A DNA stretch of 64,000 nucleotides from Tubulanus polymorphus (Eukaryota > Animalia > Nemertea), in assembly GCF_964204645.1 (NCBI RefSeq), contig NC_134030.1, forward strand, positions 10,313,947 through 10,377,946, in the 5' to 3' direction. Shown here in pieces: positions 37,501 through 49,200 of this stretch. The position numbers were made by a program, and so were the translations under genes. A model generated the notes under the pieces. It saw nothing but the letters and a program-made list of their open reading frames with translations. It made no database searches and had not been told where the DNA came from. Every line of letters starts with the position of its first letter. Position 1 is the first letter of the stretch.

Positions 37501-40500
37501 AACTGAACATTGATTTGAGCAGAAGTCTTATCTACCCTCTTAAACATTTTTATTTATCTGAGTTAATAGGGTTGTTCATCAAAGAGTCATCTAAATTGGT
37601 TCTGACCACCCATCGTTGAATTAGGGAATTAGTGACTAAATTATAGACATTTTAAAAGCCATGGTATTACAATATTTGGCTCCACAAGAAATTTGATAGC
37701 AACATAACTCAGCATTACTCATCATTTCTCCATCTACTTTTTGATAGAACCTATTTACAGAATATGACATAGGCAATAACTTTATAGATGTATAAATAAA
37801 CTCTTACCATAATTTCATCAGATTTCACGGCAATACCTCGGTTCAGTATAACTGACAGCATATACATAGCATCGAGATTACCATAGCAGCTAGCTTGTTT
37901 GAGCAGTGGTACGGCAGATTTGACCATTTGAATCCCGCGAGACTGAAAATTGATGCTGAGAATTAGATTTGTTTGAAAAGATGCTGTTTGGGAGTGTGGT
38001 TAGACAAGGGCGGATCTAGGGTCTGATTCAGGTAGGGACGCACCTCCAAAATAGGGCATATCAAATAAATAAAAGGGCACCCCGAAGAAACCTCATCTGA
38101 AAAAACATTTACTCATTTTTTGAAAATACAGAGAAGCATATAGATTTTTTTAGGTACCGGGTATCAATTTGATATTTTTAATTTTCCCTTAAAATTTTAT
38201 GACATTTTGGCACATGTTTAGGGGGTTGTGCACCCCCTGCACCTAGGATCTACCCTAAATATTTCTATATTCATCTCCTTTTCAACGATCCTTTTTTTAT
38301 AAATAAAGTAGATTGTAGATAGGGGAAAGGACAATGGGATAATTAGAGCATTCAACTGCTAGGTCGTGGGTTTGAAACCCATGCAGTAACGTAGTGTCCC
38401 TAGGCAAGACACTCTCCACCCAGGAGCAATGGCCGCCTTGCCGGGTAGTTGACTTCCGATCGCTTAGTAGCGGCTACACCCCAGGGAGAGACTTGCCCGC
38501 CTTGAAAGAAAAGAAAAAGATATTGCATGAAAAATAAGGTACTCACTTCGATGAGATCTGTAGCATTTTCATATAAAGCGTTGCCTATAGTTGATAAACT
38601 CGGCTCTTTACCGCTGAACACACTGTTCGAGATCAGCCTATTCACCAAACGGTAGAAGTACGGCACGTTTTTAAACATCGGACACTGATTTGGTTTTTTA
38701 TTCGACTGTTCGGCAGCAGTATCATCATCTTTCACCATTAGTTCCTCGTATGTCCAAGGGCACGAAGCTGAATTGACGAGATTTCACAGAAAAAATCATT
38801 CAAAAAGTTGGTTTCATTGACAAGTGACTGGCTAACACTATTTCAAGTAAAAAATCTGCAATAATTAACTAAAGTTAAACGAGCATTTGACATTTCGACA
38901 CACCTTTTTTAAAAACACTGAGTTTTAGAAAAAGAGTCCGAAATATTTCCTGAGCTAATACGTAATATTTTCTGCGGTATTTCGACTATAACCTAACAGT
39001 CATTGCTGAAGATGATTATTAGGGTATAGCCGAAACGTCAAATGAATATTGCCTCCAGGAAGGCCGAGGACCAGAAAAAAAGAGGACATTTCTCAGATAG
39101 AGCAGCCTTGTCAAAGGCCTCTAATGGTGGTTCCGCCCTTGGTTTTAGAAATTTTTGAAGATATACATCAGGACCCAGTTCCACAGTTGTGAGTTAGGGT
39201 TAACTCTGGAGTTAAAATTAGTTCATTTTCAATTACCGTAGACAAATCTTAACACAGAACTGTGGAACTGGGTCCTGAGAGTTTGCAATTTCCGAGACGA
39301 TGAGTGTTAAATTTGCTGGTTTTAATGATCTCTGTCTTGACGAAACGGGCCGTCTCAATGGGAAGGCAGGGGTACAAACCCATGAAACCCCCCACTAAAC
39401 CTGCTCTGGGCCAAGTTTTACAAAAGAGTTTAAGCCTTAAGTTTGAACTATTGTCCTCATTGAAAACATGAAGTAACCAATGGCAATTACACCAAAAATT
39501 TGAGTTTAACTTTTTGGTGAAACTGGGCCTTGCACATGAAATATTAACACAATTGTAGGATAGAGAAGCTCGCAAAAAAGAGATAAAAGATGTAAATCAA
39601 TAACGCCCCTTACTTTTTTTAATATACCGCGCGAATCGCTCTCGATTGTGGATAATACGTAAACGAACGAAGCTCAGATAACTTTTACAACGTTCTCGCT
39701 TCTGTTTCACTCCGAGTTCGAACATCGGGTGGTATGGGCTCGGGAACAGAATCTGTGCGCGTGACATGAAAAAAATGAAGAATAACATCGATCAAGGAAG
39801 AATAACCACTCGAACGTGTTGAGCAGATAATGAGATAAAAACCCACTACACGCAGATTAAAAGTTTGAAATCAAGAATGCGTGTGATTGATGATTCTCGA
39901 GTTTTTTTAGTATGAAAATGACAGATCTGAGTGTTCAGTTACATCCAAGTAAGTTTGGATGAATTTCAGGGGGCAAAAAAGCATACAATTTTGGTGGCCC
40001 ACCTCATCAAAGAAAGCCTCGACTATTCACTACACAATAATGCCAACTTGTAATACATGAAAATAAACTCGGAACGAGCTATTCTGTTTTGTGATAAATG
40101 TGGGATTTTTTGAGGAGTAAAAGACACTACATAGTGAAATTCAAAGTACTAATGGGTTTATCTAAATTTTTAGCCTCCCTTAAACTCATAAGACAAATTT
40201 TCTCTTCATCGATCTTAATAGCATTCATATAGCGCAATTTTTATTCATCATTCATAGAATTTTTGAAATCATGGATGGATTTTAATTGAATCTAAGAAGC
40301 AATTTGGCATCGTTGTGTGAATTCACATTAGCGAAACTGGTGGAAACTCGATTGCCACAGTCCCTATTAACATTGAAATACAAGGGCCGGTTTTATAGAC
40401 TGGTATCAATTTTAACCCGAGGGCTAACTCATTCATTTTCAATTGAGTTAGCCCCCGGGTTAAAGATAATACCCGTCTATAAAACCGGGCCCAGGTAGTT

Positions 40501-43500
40501 TTGAAACCTACGTTATTGGGGTCGATATATTTGCCGCGGTACCAGTTCGCCTGACCGATGTAACCTTTGAATCCGGTGACCATTTGCGACCCGCCGAATA
40601 TGAAGTATCCTTCCGTGTCGTAAAACTTTGTCGGGTTCTGAAAACTAATCGCGCCGAGAGAAAAACATCAATATTCGATTACAGCTTGAAAGCCTGTTTT
40701 ACACGTTCGTCCAGTGATAACCGTGTACTTACGCCCAAGCTGTGCTCTGGTATTTTTTCCAATTTTGTTCCGGTCCATAATGAAGCCCGATTTTGAACTG
40801 AAATTAAACAGTTATACAATCAAAATGATAACCATATAACAATAATACTTAATGATAGAAATAAAATGAATCGGAGCAATTCCCGAGATGTTCACTTCAA
40901 ATTTTTGGGTTTGGATATTTGGCAATATTTCATTTACTTTATCTTATTTTATTCGAATTCATTCATACGGAAGTAAATCTCCACACCAAGAGCTAACAGA
41001 AAGTTACTCTCAGAACCATTCTATAAATAAGGATCAACACAGTTGATCCTAGAAAGCAAGGCTGATATTAACTGGAACCCTAGTTCAACACATGTTTACA
41101 GATTGTGCAAGTTTCTTTCACTTTTTACCTCCTTGTTTTTGAGCGATAAAACAATGCGAAACCATTCCTTTTTCGGTACCGTAAACGGGGTAAGAATCGC
41201 CTCGAAACCCTTTTTAAATGTATCCACCTGTAAATGTAGGCGGCCTGAAATAAAATGAAAGAAAAGTTTTATTGGATCGAAACATGTTACCCAACCGGTA
41301 TTCACCTTAAGAATCCCGGACACATTAGTAGTGTCTCATTTCAATCATCAGTGTTATGTTAAGTATGGACTAATTTTCATTCAAAACTTTTGAGCTGAAT
41401 GGCTGTGGCTACGTCTTGCAGAATCTACCATTGTGATCAATTTCTTTCTAGAAAAGTCTATCATAAGTATATCATAGACCCCTAAATTCACATCTAACAA
41501 TAATCTAACAAACAATTAAGTCTATAATAGATCCAACACCCTTAACATTCGAAGGATTAATATCTCACATTTCAGTTGTAGTCTTAACTTTAGGAAAATT
41601 TAAACTGGTTTTAAGTTCTTGGATTGGCTATAGATCCAAGACTGGACTCAAATATACCCATAAGCCTGTACTGTGCGACTGGCCCCTGTGAGTTTATACT
41701 GAACTTCATGTCTCCCTATTAAATCGATGTTCCGACTACACGAAGCGGCCTCCATTGCGCAGTGGGATAAGGCGTGTCAAGTGCTGTTGCATTCACTATC
41801 AGTGATGAGTGACAAGCGGGTTCAAGTCCCGCTGGCTGCTTACAGTGTGCGGGTAACACTTCAAAGGTGTGATTTAACATTAGCAATCCAATAGGGTCGA
41901 TCTTGGGAAACTGGGAAACCAAGATCCAACCGACGTATTAATGGTGGGTTGCCTGGAGGTAGATAATCTATTGACACAAAATGGCTCCTCACGTACCTGC
42001 TTTGGTAAGAAATAGTTCCGGGGTCAGATATATATCGGCGTCCGTGACATGAGACACAATACTGCAGAGTTCTATCGTACAATTCTGCATTACGTACAAC
42101 CAAATGGACAGAGTAAACCTGAAACATTTCAAATTATGATTTTAATTTCTAGGTTGTTCGTTATACATACTTATATTAAGTCCAAAAAAAATGCGATGAA
42201 AGATTATAACTTGAAGGTCACTCCAGATGGATTCAGCTATTTGATTGTTAATTTCACTACAGTGAGGGTCCACTACAATTCAGCTATTTGATTGGTAATT
42301 CCACAATATGATCTACTTAAGCCCTTTCAGTGCGGTGTATAAATTGGTGAAGAGCTTTACTAGCACACCGCATTGGGGTGTATTAATGTAATCAATAATT
42401 AGTTTTCATCTGGTCTAACACAGTTAAATATTTGTAACTAACAATAAACCCTATTATCATATGTACAACTGGGATGGAACTTTACAAAAATTCTCAAATC
42501 ATCTCCAGCACTTTAAGCTATCAATCAGTCAGCACTGAAAGGGTTTTAAATTCAGCTACTTCATTCACTTTTCTGCTTTTGGTTCATTAAATACTAACTG
42601 TGGAACTGAGCTGTCAGTTTCTTTGATTAAATCCGGTTCAGTAAATTCCGGATACTTGCGCAATATACCATGATTACGACCAGTCATTATCACTGGGTAC
42701 TGCACCGTCTCCAAAACCTCTACAAAAACGAGCAATTGTGATTAATGAAAGGAACGTAAGATTCAATGTTACTGGGGACGACCTAGCGCCACTGCGAGGG
42801 TCATTACCTCATTACCAATTCTTCACTTTCAGTTTAAAACCTTTTTAGTGTGTCTATACCCCAGTGCGGTGTATTCGTAAATCAGTGATGATATCATGTC
42901 ATTTCATTATTTACCCTCACAGAAGGCCGCAGGCCTATATACGGACAGCCTCTTAGTTTTAAAGATGGACTTTAGCGAGTACACTGCATCGCGGTGTATC
43001 AACATAATAAGTAACACACAACCTAATGACTCTGTTTTTGTCATGTCATATTTTGCTTACATTTAATAGTGGAACCTCAAAAGATTTATAGGATATTCAG
43101 TCTCAGATTGATTGTGGTTACAAAATATGCATAGCTACCAACATTCGGAAATACCATGTTCAGTCAACGCCCCCTGGTAAACATAAACTGAAATCAACTA
43201 CTGGTAGCGGTACCTTGAAACTCGACATAATCATAACACATGTCATGAGCTACAATTCTGCAAAATTTGATTATGGTTACAAAATATGCCTATGGAAGGT
43301 GTATAACATGTTATTCTATCATTCAATGCCCCCTGGTGAACAGTCTAAACTTAAAACCCAAGTAGACTAAAAAGCAACACATATATATAAATATATATAT
43401 ATGTATATATATTTACCTGGTTGAACATTGCAGCGAAGCAAATACCAGAATTTGCGCGATTTCATCACCGAATAATCCCACGCTTCACACGCGTACGACC

Positions 43501-45562
43501 TCAACGGACGTTCGTGCGGCGCGACCGCGCCGAGCTTGTAGAACGCGTTCGCCGTGCCATATCTGTACGGATTCGTTCGAATTCTCGGCCACAACTCCGT
43601 GTCGACGACCCACGCGCGGAGTTTCGCCGATTCGACGACCGACGCAACTCGGCGATTGTAAAAACTCGGCCTATACGCGTACTCGGCGCGAACGTTCAAC
43701 TCGACGAGTTTTGTCGCCGGCGTCTCGCCGCGAGTTTGCGAACATTTCCACGAATATCGAAATATCTGTTTCGCGTCGGAACGATCGACGCTGGCCGTGA
43801 TGTCGACGCCGACGACGCGCGTTTTACTGCACGCGTAACGCACGACGATCGGTTCGGTGAACGGGAATTTTTTCGGCGGATCAACGATCTCAATCGAATC
43901 TTCTCGATGGCCACCGCCGCCGCCATCGTCACGCGCCGGTATGTCATTGATAGTCGGAGCAGCTTCTTGCGAATCTTTACTCGGTAAAATCGGCTGAAAT
44001 GAAAAAATTAGTATAATGCCATGATTGAATTTCTGGGCCCAGTTCCATAGTCATGGCTTAGACTAAAGACCAATTTAAGACCATCTTGGTTCTATAACCA
44101 ATCTAACAACATTAGACCAATCTTTAATCTAAGACCATGTTGGGACTTAAGTCTCAACTGAGGACCTAGCCCCAGGGCACAGTTGTGGCTTAAGTCCAAA
44201 AGTGGTCTTAAAAACCGGTATCAAGACTGGTCTTAAGTTGTTAGATTGCCTATAGAACTAAGTTGGTCTTAGACTGGTCTTAGTTCTAAGCTATGACTGC
44301 GCAACCGGCCTCAGGGCTCGTTAACATTGCCAAGACTTAGATCTGAAGACTGCGGTTGAAGACCATCTCCGTTATGTAACCAATTTAATAACTTAAGACA
44401 GTTGCATCCAGACTTCAGATAACTTTCGAACCTAAACAAAACAGTCAAACTTAAACGTGGTGGCCACTTCGGTTTTATTTGCTTTTTCCTGACATGCACT
44501 TTGTTTTCCCTTAACACTGTCATTAAAACATTTAAGACATTGATGTAAACAGCTTGCTTAACGAATAATCCAAGACTTTAACATGATTTTTTGCTTCAAA
44601 ATTATTTACAATTCCCTGATTTTTTTTAAGAAAAGAAAATTCCCTGACTCTTTCCTAATTTAGCCACCCTGTTTAAAGGACAACTGTGGAACTGGATCCA
44701 GAAGACAAAACATAGTATTCACCTATGTCAGTAACCTGTCATGATGGTTTAGTTTCAAGATTGGGTTTTTTTCTTCGATTTGGTATGCATCCAATTGAAA
44801 GATTACCATCAACAATTAGGTCACTTTCATGAACGCTGACTTGAAGTAAATATATTGTAGGACTTTTTTCAAAACCTCGAAAATCTTATTAACAATGGGA
44901 TTCTAAACAATAATTCCCACATTATTATTCATACCCTGATCATTTGAAACCGGGTTTTGATCTAATCCAGTACATACCGGTAAATGTAGGCCTACAATAA
45001 AATATAATCTGAATTTCTCGTGGACTGTAATTAATTTCATTGTTTCAAAATTACGTAACCAATCAAAGAGGGTAGTACCCCAGTAGTAGGAAGTAATACA
45101 AAATTGTTCAACAACCTATAAGATAAGTATTGAATCGATGATCAATTTTCTGTGCCAGTAAATAACATTAAAAACTTTATAATCTATTGCAACACAATGA
45201 AATTCTTTTTTGTAAATAGGCCTAAATATTAGTATTATTTTGATTCAAAGAATTTCTTTATAAATGATTTTTAGTATCATTTCACAAGTTTAAGTAATTT
45301 TAAGTTAAAACTGGAAACAATAACATTGAGATACCAGTAACATTGTCATCAGATCAACACAGATATCGCCTACAAGTAGGCCTATTTGTTAGATAAACTG
45401 ATAAAAGCAATTACATATCTCGATAGCCAATTAATAAAATGAAAACCAATTATTTCAAATATTAAGTATCAAAGCTCTAACCTTATTATTGGGCCTGCTA
45501 AGAGTCAAACTCCAGAAGAGTGCTATAAAAAATATCTTGTGAAATAAATGCGATTTCTCCAT
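19508..45562 (-). CDS. SEL1L3: Protein sel-1 homolog 3-like (signal peptide, LamG-like region, Sel1 repeats, C-terminal TM); about 1070 aa, 23 exons
   Basis: Phase-consistent exons 45482-45562, 43417-43993, 42599-42719, 41997-42118, 41129-41244, 40733-40797, 40512-40644, 39614-39752, 38547-38767, 37808-37942, 37207-37324, 36675-36736, 36012-36131, 35349-35549, 34638-34811, 33866-33990, 27377-27460, 26758-26848, 22077-22167, 21338-21444, 21053-21180, 20779-20881, 19508-19606 (3213 nt, open frame). N-terminus MEKSHLFHKIFFIALFWSLTLS; SEL1L3-like blocks LRAWV, PHERP, FTLSIWLY, DTEGYFIFGGS; Sel1 repeats YYWGAQGIQRN, ALNTLGWYA, AAHNLAYMYLNG, KMGDYYWYG; TM LGISVVTAVAMFGFG. Confidence 0.9.
21498..21697. 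mobile_element. Palindromic (fold-back) MITE-like element
   Basis: About 68-bp inverted arms aatataacaagaatcccaca..ttccttgagctagtagtt / aactactagctcaaggaa..tgtgggattcttgttatatt. Confidence 0.7.
21861..22053. mobile_element. Tc1/mariner-pogo-like MITE
   Basis: Termini (ta)tagtggaaccttgtta / taacaaggttctactg(ta). Confidence 0.55.
23319..24052. mobile_element. Tc1/pogo (Tigger-like) non-autonomous element downstream of GPCR copy 1
   Basis: Termini tacagtagactccgctccactc / gagttgagaggctcctactgta with TA flanks and subterminal cgagttgag repeats. It is absent from the paralogous flank near 59.9 kb. Confidence 0.6.
24185..25135 (-). CDS. Intronless rhodopsin-class (class A) GPCR, FMRFamide-receptor-like/chemoreceptor-like, 316 aa, nested in SEL1L3 intron 18
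   Basis: Seven hydrophobic segments; TM1 FGNSATF, TM2 LSLSD, TM3 SLERAAVVLFPF, TM6 FAIFTLP, TM7 NFVVNFYIY. Start placed at MNST because the paralogue at 60035-60985 has identical length. Confidence 0.9.
   Translation of the reverse strand: MNSTRIQIGRTYCSYIVLMSVVNRSGIYRTVSLVILPVVFLFGVFGNSATFLIMISRRFCSLSYANYLVILSLSDSIYNFNYTLMPVLQFVLLHVKEGPVFLMNTVINCQIYEFLMAFAAFNSSWFIVAISLERAAVVLFPFTSRLICTPRFARFATLIITTVNFLVLYLTPILSMRVSDEFFGCYFKLSDQTILFTTSSIHIFLLPLALIITSNSVIIIQLFRGSKMVSSDQKTTKSKRTTIMLVTVSLAFAIFTLPTTITSLLPIPPEQGDFLYDIFAQFQMCNFVVNFYIYILLGREIREYFCMKIGCRNSFK
28078..29258 (-). pseudogene. DIRS tyrosine recombinase ORF3, frameshifted near the C-terminus
   Basis: SAM-like N-domain (SYSAVNTARSAV..HPLVSRFMKG), catalytic R (MAARPAQSL) and HxxR (KPHSVRAAATS). 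The GW motif is missing and the catalytic-Tyr segment ATFAKYYGKPI is in another frame from about 28157. Confidence 0.85.
28886..31048 (-). CDS. DIRS pol ORF2: reverse transcriptase, RNase H, DNA N6-adenine methyltransferase-like domain; no initiator ATG at its 5' end
   Basis: Open frame from 31048 to 28886. Motifs AGSLQFHLENW, YRVILNLKNLN, IDVKDAYY, IPNGLASGP, GYIDD, SDAS..GWG, INFLELKA, IDNTSA, PGKLNVDAD, DLFASRMN, YMFPPF. Confidence 0.92.
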   Translation of the reverse strand, partial: LFKLPAVPFARWKRAEPQQIQERKESETSQTRLSQVSRKSDFTIKTAGSLQFHLENWKKITSDVTILRDVSGHRLEFIDGKVPLQHWVPKPLRFNDTETAIIQVQLDRFLESGVIEMADHSYPEFISNIFIRPKKEEGAYRVILNLKNLNKFLEYHHFKMDTFEAVLKLVTPGCFMQSIDVKDAYYCISVHPEDRRWLRFTFNGKLYQYTCIPNGLASGPRTYTKLCKPVLSSLRKMGITISGYIDDEIIISDTESQSQQDKVDTIELQEELGYIINYKKTTKDGSQIITHLGFVINSNEMIVTLTEKKKEYILTECSNLLQKNIETIRIVAKVIGLIVAALPAVDYIVMMYYRNLEGEKIIALQKSKGNYDKTMIVSCEMKQELKWWVENLHTAERKISRGEPNAVISSDASFQGWGAEYLSNRTGGRWRKDDAEENQSINFLELKAGFFALKSFCSKMKDTHVHLKIDNTSAISYINHMGGTKVKSLNSLGREIWEWCKIRGIWLSASHIPGKLNVDADFESRHFCDEAEWKLDSSIFKKIVMKYGTPDIDLFASRMNAQLPIYESWRPDPGATFVNAFYVSWKFNLCYMFPPFSLVGRCLQKIRMDETPAAVLVVPLWATQAWMTTLLKLLIDIPVTLPKVDWLITRQGETHPLEDRLTLVACLVSGVQEKNRRFQQGLERYCWPHGKRAHINSMRFFSGNGNGFVINGKLIQFIPL
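30949..32250 (-). pseudogene. DIRS gag-like ORF1, interrupted by one in-frame TAA at 31957-31959
   Basis: ORFs 31957-32280 and 30949-31935 share a frame. DIRS gag-like motifs RPDNCESLVPVKVDQLVW, ALALLGH..LCLRRRELLKP, LFGG. Confidence 0.75.
32455..33711 (-). mobile_element. Second HINE-like copy, inverted, 49 bp from the DIRS 5' end
   Basis: Reverse complement of 16824-18090 with high identity, including subTIRs, the (cgga)n tract and four 154-bp units. Confidence 0.85.
41745..41840 (+). mobile_element. tRNA-derived SINE-like head (related fragments about 2520-2600 and 38355-38420)
   Basis: A-box-like gcgcagtgggataaggcg and B-box ggttcaagtcc with an overlong spacer and no proper anticodon arm. 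Confidence 0.45.
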
Positions 45563-45868
45563 TTTGCCATAGTGTGATGTGGCTGTTATGTCGTTGCAGT
45601 GATTTCATTTGGTAACAGATGATAGGAATTGATTTCTGAGCCGGAAGGTTTGTAAATTGCAGAATGGGCCAGATGGTGTCAAGCCACATAGGAGCCAGTT
45701 CAGCTGCGGTGTGCCTATATTAGAAGGAACATTAATTCAGTTTATTTCAAAATCAAAAAGACTGTCCGCACAAAATTACCAAAAGCATGCATTATTGAGT
45801 TCATACACAATTTTAGAGTTCACTACGAGAGATTCGAAATTAGCCTAGAATTACAACTGTGGAAAATA

Positions 45869-45941
45869 CGACCCTGATGGGACTCGAACCCACAACCTTC
45901 GGCTCCGGAGGCCGACGCCTTATCCATTAGGCCACAGGGTC
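45869..45941 (-). tRNA. tRNA-Arg, anticodon CCG
   Basis: GACCCTGTGGCCTAATGGATAAGGCGTCGGCCTCCGGAGCCGAAGGTTGTGGGTTCGAGTCCCATCAGGGTCG: 7-bp acceptor stem, D arm, anticodon loop CT-CCG-GA, TTCGAGT T-loop, followed by a TTTT Pol III terminator. Confidence 0.96.
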
Positions 45942-46248
45942 TTACAACCTAACCGACGCGTAAATAATGGTATAAGAACCCGACCACCCAACAAAAACAA
46001 ATCCTACCGATAAAATTATATTTTAGCCACAAACATCGTTAGAAAATTAATAAATGCACTCCATTATATGTTTCGTTAGCATCTTCACAAGCGAATAGGA
46101 GGAATTTCTGCATTAGATCCATGCACGCCTCCCCGCGAAAGGAGAGTTCAAAATTTATTAATGGCGGACTTTGCGAATCTGAAGGATCGCCGATTTAACG
46201 TCGATTAACGATCAATAAACCGCACGCTAGTTACATTAATCGGAGAGA

Positions 46249-49200
46249 ATGCGGTTCAGAGGCAAATTAGTCGATATAGGATGTATTCAGCACTTTACAA
46301 GTGGGTAAAACCGAAAATTCGACGATGTAATATTTACCTTTTTACTCGAAGCGGCCAGGTTACCGAGCTCTAGATGGCAGCACTTCCTGGAGATTGCAAT
46401 TAAATTTCGGCGGGCGGGCGCCGGGTACAATACTCTACCATTGTTTCATATGGTTTTTTCTTCATTTTTTCACTACAGAGGTAATTGGTATGCTGGCGAA
46501 ACTGGCAAAAACGTGTGTGTTGAGGATGACGGTTGACAAATTGTATTTCATCTTATCCGAACAAGTAGTGAATGGAGGAGTAAGCATCTGGTGCGAATTA
46601 GCGCAGGTAGCCTAATCAATTAATACGATATATCTCTCTATTTGTATCCACGTATTTAAAACCAATTCCCTCAAAAAGATGTCGCTATTACTATTAGATT
46701 TTCTTATTTTAATTTTATATGGAGCGATCTGTAATTAAATAGAATGAGCCATCTCAGTTATCCTACCAGATTGCACTGCATGGAATCAGCATAGCTTTTT
46801 TTATGACTAGCGATGATATGACTCATTTGGCAACCTTGAATCGAATTACCAGTTTCGTGACCAAGTTTAACTCGAAATCTTCGGTTTGGTTGTTATTGGT
46901 TACTTCAAAGTTTGAAGTTTTTTCATGGAAGCACCCTGGATCCAGTTCCACAGTTAGTTCCGAGTTAAAGTTAACTCTGAGTTGAAATCATTTAATTTTC
47001 AATGTATTAACTCGGGAGTAAAATCTTAACTCACAACTGTGGAACTGGGTCCTGGGTCCAGTTCCACCGTTTAAGATTTAACTCTGAGTTAGCTCATTGA
47101 AAATGAACTAACTCAGAGTAACTCTAACTCACAACTTTGGAACTGGATCCTGGAGTACTGTACTGCTTTCTTAGTAGTTTTGACTCAGATGAGAGTAATT
47201 TGTCATAAAAATTGTATATCAATTTAAAAACATCTGATGTCTATTTCAACGTGACTTGAGAACGCACCAGGTGGCCTAGCTCAGTTATTGGTAGTGCATA
47301 TCCTGAAAATGGAGTCACTTTTATTTTTTTAACCCCCTTTCAATGAAGACTTTTTGGATATCCTTCAATACAGTTCAAAATGGAATAAAAATCAACTGCC
47401 AGTCCTTTCTGGTCCTAATAAGACTTTTATCAGGTATGTTCCACCTTGGAGTAATCATTGAATGTAATTCAATGATTACTCCAAGGTTCCACCAAAAATG
47501 ACCGAGCTAGGCCACTTGATGTGCTCTCAAGTCAAGTTAAGATAGACATTCGAAATCAAGAAATCATACCGGTACACATAACCTTTTTTCTTGTTAATAG
47601 GGTCATTTTTTCAACGAGTACAGCATCGATGGACTATCGGCTGAAGCGAACGAAATATTTCTCGAGGTCATTCCGGAAAATTTCATGAAAGCGTTGAAAA
47701 CGTCGCAAGTGTCGAAAAGTATCAAAGTCAAACTGACAAAGAAGCATACACCGTGCCTCACATTTGAAATAGAAATGGTTAGAAATGATTTAGTGATAAA
47801 TGACTGTATAGGGGTAGTCTACTGTACAACTACAAACTAGACAAAAATTTCGAATTGTATATTTCTCAAAAATGAAGAAGTTTTGGGTATTTTGCTCAAA
47901 TCTAAGGAGTTTCAAGCACCTCTAAAATCATTTTCCGTTGCTTGAATACAGTTTTTGTGCCTCCATTGATACACAGCTTTCACTGTACATGTATTCTAGT
48001 GTCCTCTGGTTATTTTCAGCCTTCAACTCATTCGCGGTTTGTAACTCATGACGTCCCAGTTCACGTGATACCAAAGAGACTTTGGGCCGAGTACGACGAA
48101 CCCGCGATGCCTGAATTTGATGTAAGTTAAAGTTCCAACTTGTTGAAAAGTCTGGGGCACTACAAGCAAAAATAGATTCGAATGAAGTTGACTAAAGCCT
48201 AGCTCAGGTCAACTTACGACCTGACTAAATTGTCGAATTGATCTTAAAGAACAGTGGTTGTTAACAAGTGACCGCTGATGCAGAATCATTTGTCTCACGA
48301 TCGTAGGAGCACTCAGGTCATTGTTGATTTAACAGTTTATTCTGACGGTTCCGAAGTTTTGACTAATCTTCATCATCAGAAAAATGAAAAAACTTCAAAA
48401 CACGGTAGAATAAATTGTTAATTCATCAACTGTGGGTTTCGCTCATTCACTCCGAACTGATATCAATATCGGTAATTACTTAAACCTATTCTCTGGAAAC
48501 TGGCCCCAGCATTTAGAGACAAGTTTTATTGCATTCGGCCACTGTTTGAATGGATGATGTTTTTGAGGTATTTGGATTTTTCCACAGGTTTCAATTTATA
48601 TGCCCTCCCTCAAAGTTCTTCGAAATGTAGTAGACCGTATGAAAACGATGAGCAACTTTATCGTAAGTATGATACAATATTTTTCCAGTAATTTTCCTTC
48701 TCTGTTTCATCGTGATAACGACTATTCCTGCTGATCCAACCACTCCAGAGTTTGAATACCTCAGAGAGAATTTCGGCTGAAATATGATACCTTGTAATCA
48801 GTTCATTTCTTTCGCTGCCGGGTCTGTTTTGGCTAGCCTGATCATGATTTTTAAAAAAGTAACGTACAGGATAGATAGGCGCTCGGCTGGGTCAACTTTC
48901 AAGTAGTCAGGGAGCCAAACCTAATAAGAAACTTGCAAAATTTCTGATGTAATCTCTGAAACTTGAACCAGGAAACTGCAAATTGATTCTATATAACTGT
49001 TGTTTTTCAGATTATATCGGCCAATCGCAGCGGAGAATTCATTGTGAAAGTTGAAACTGATTCCGTTACGATAGCGACTCATTTCCGAGATTTGAAAAAT
49101 CCTGTTTTCGGTAATTACGATTTTCAAATGAGTTTCGATTTTCGTATTTTACGTGCATTATGTGTATAGCACATATTCCTACCCCAGATTCGAACTGGAT

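Noticed and set aside
41745-41840. Second tRNA gene
   Set aside because: No canonical anticodon arm or length; better explained as a SINE head.
42593-42610. End of SEL1L3 exon 3 matching the hairpin-MITE terminus (cagttccacagttagt), possible exaptation
   Set aside because: Only about 16 nt match, there is no partner TIR, and the encoded P-x-F fits the ancestral protein.
43421-43987. 188-aa plus-strand ORF and overlapping Arg-rich ORFs
   Set aside because: Shadow frames of the CpG-rich SEL1L3 exon 2.
44723-44840. Possible extra SEL1L3 exon with donor ag|gtgaat
   Set aside because: Stops in all three frames, and exons 1 and 2 already join in phase.
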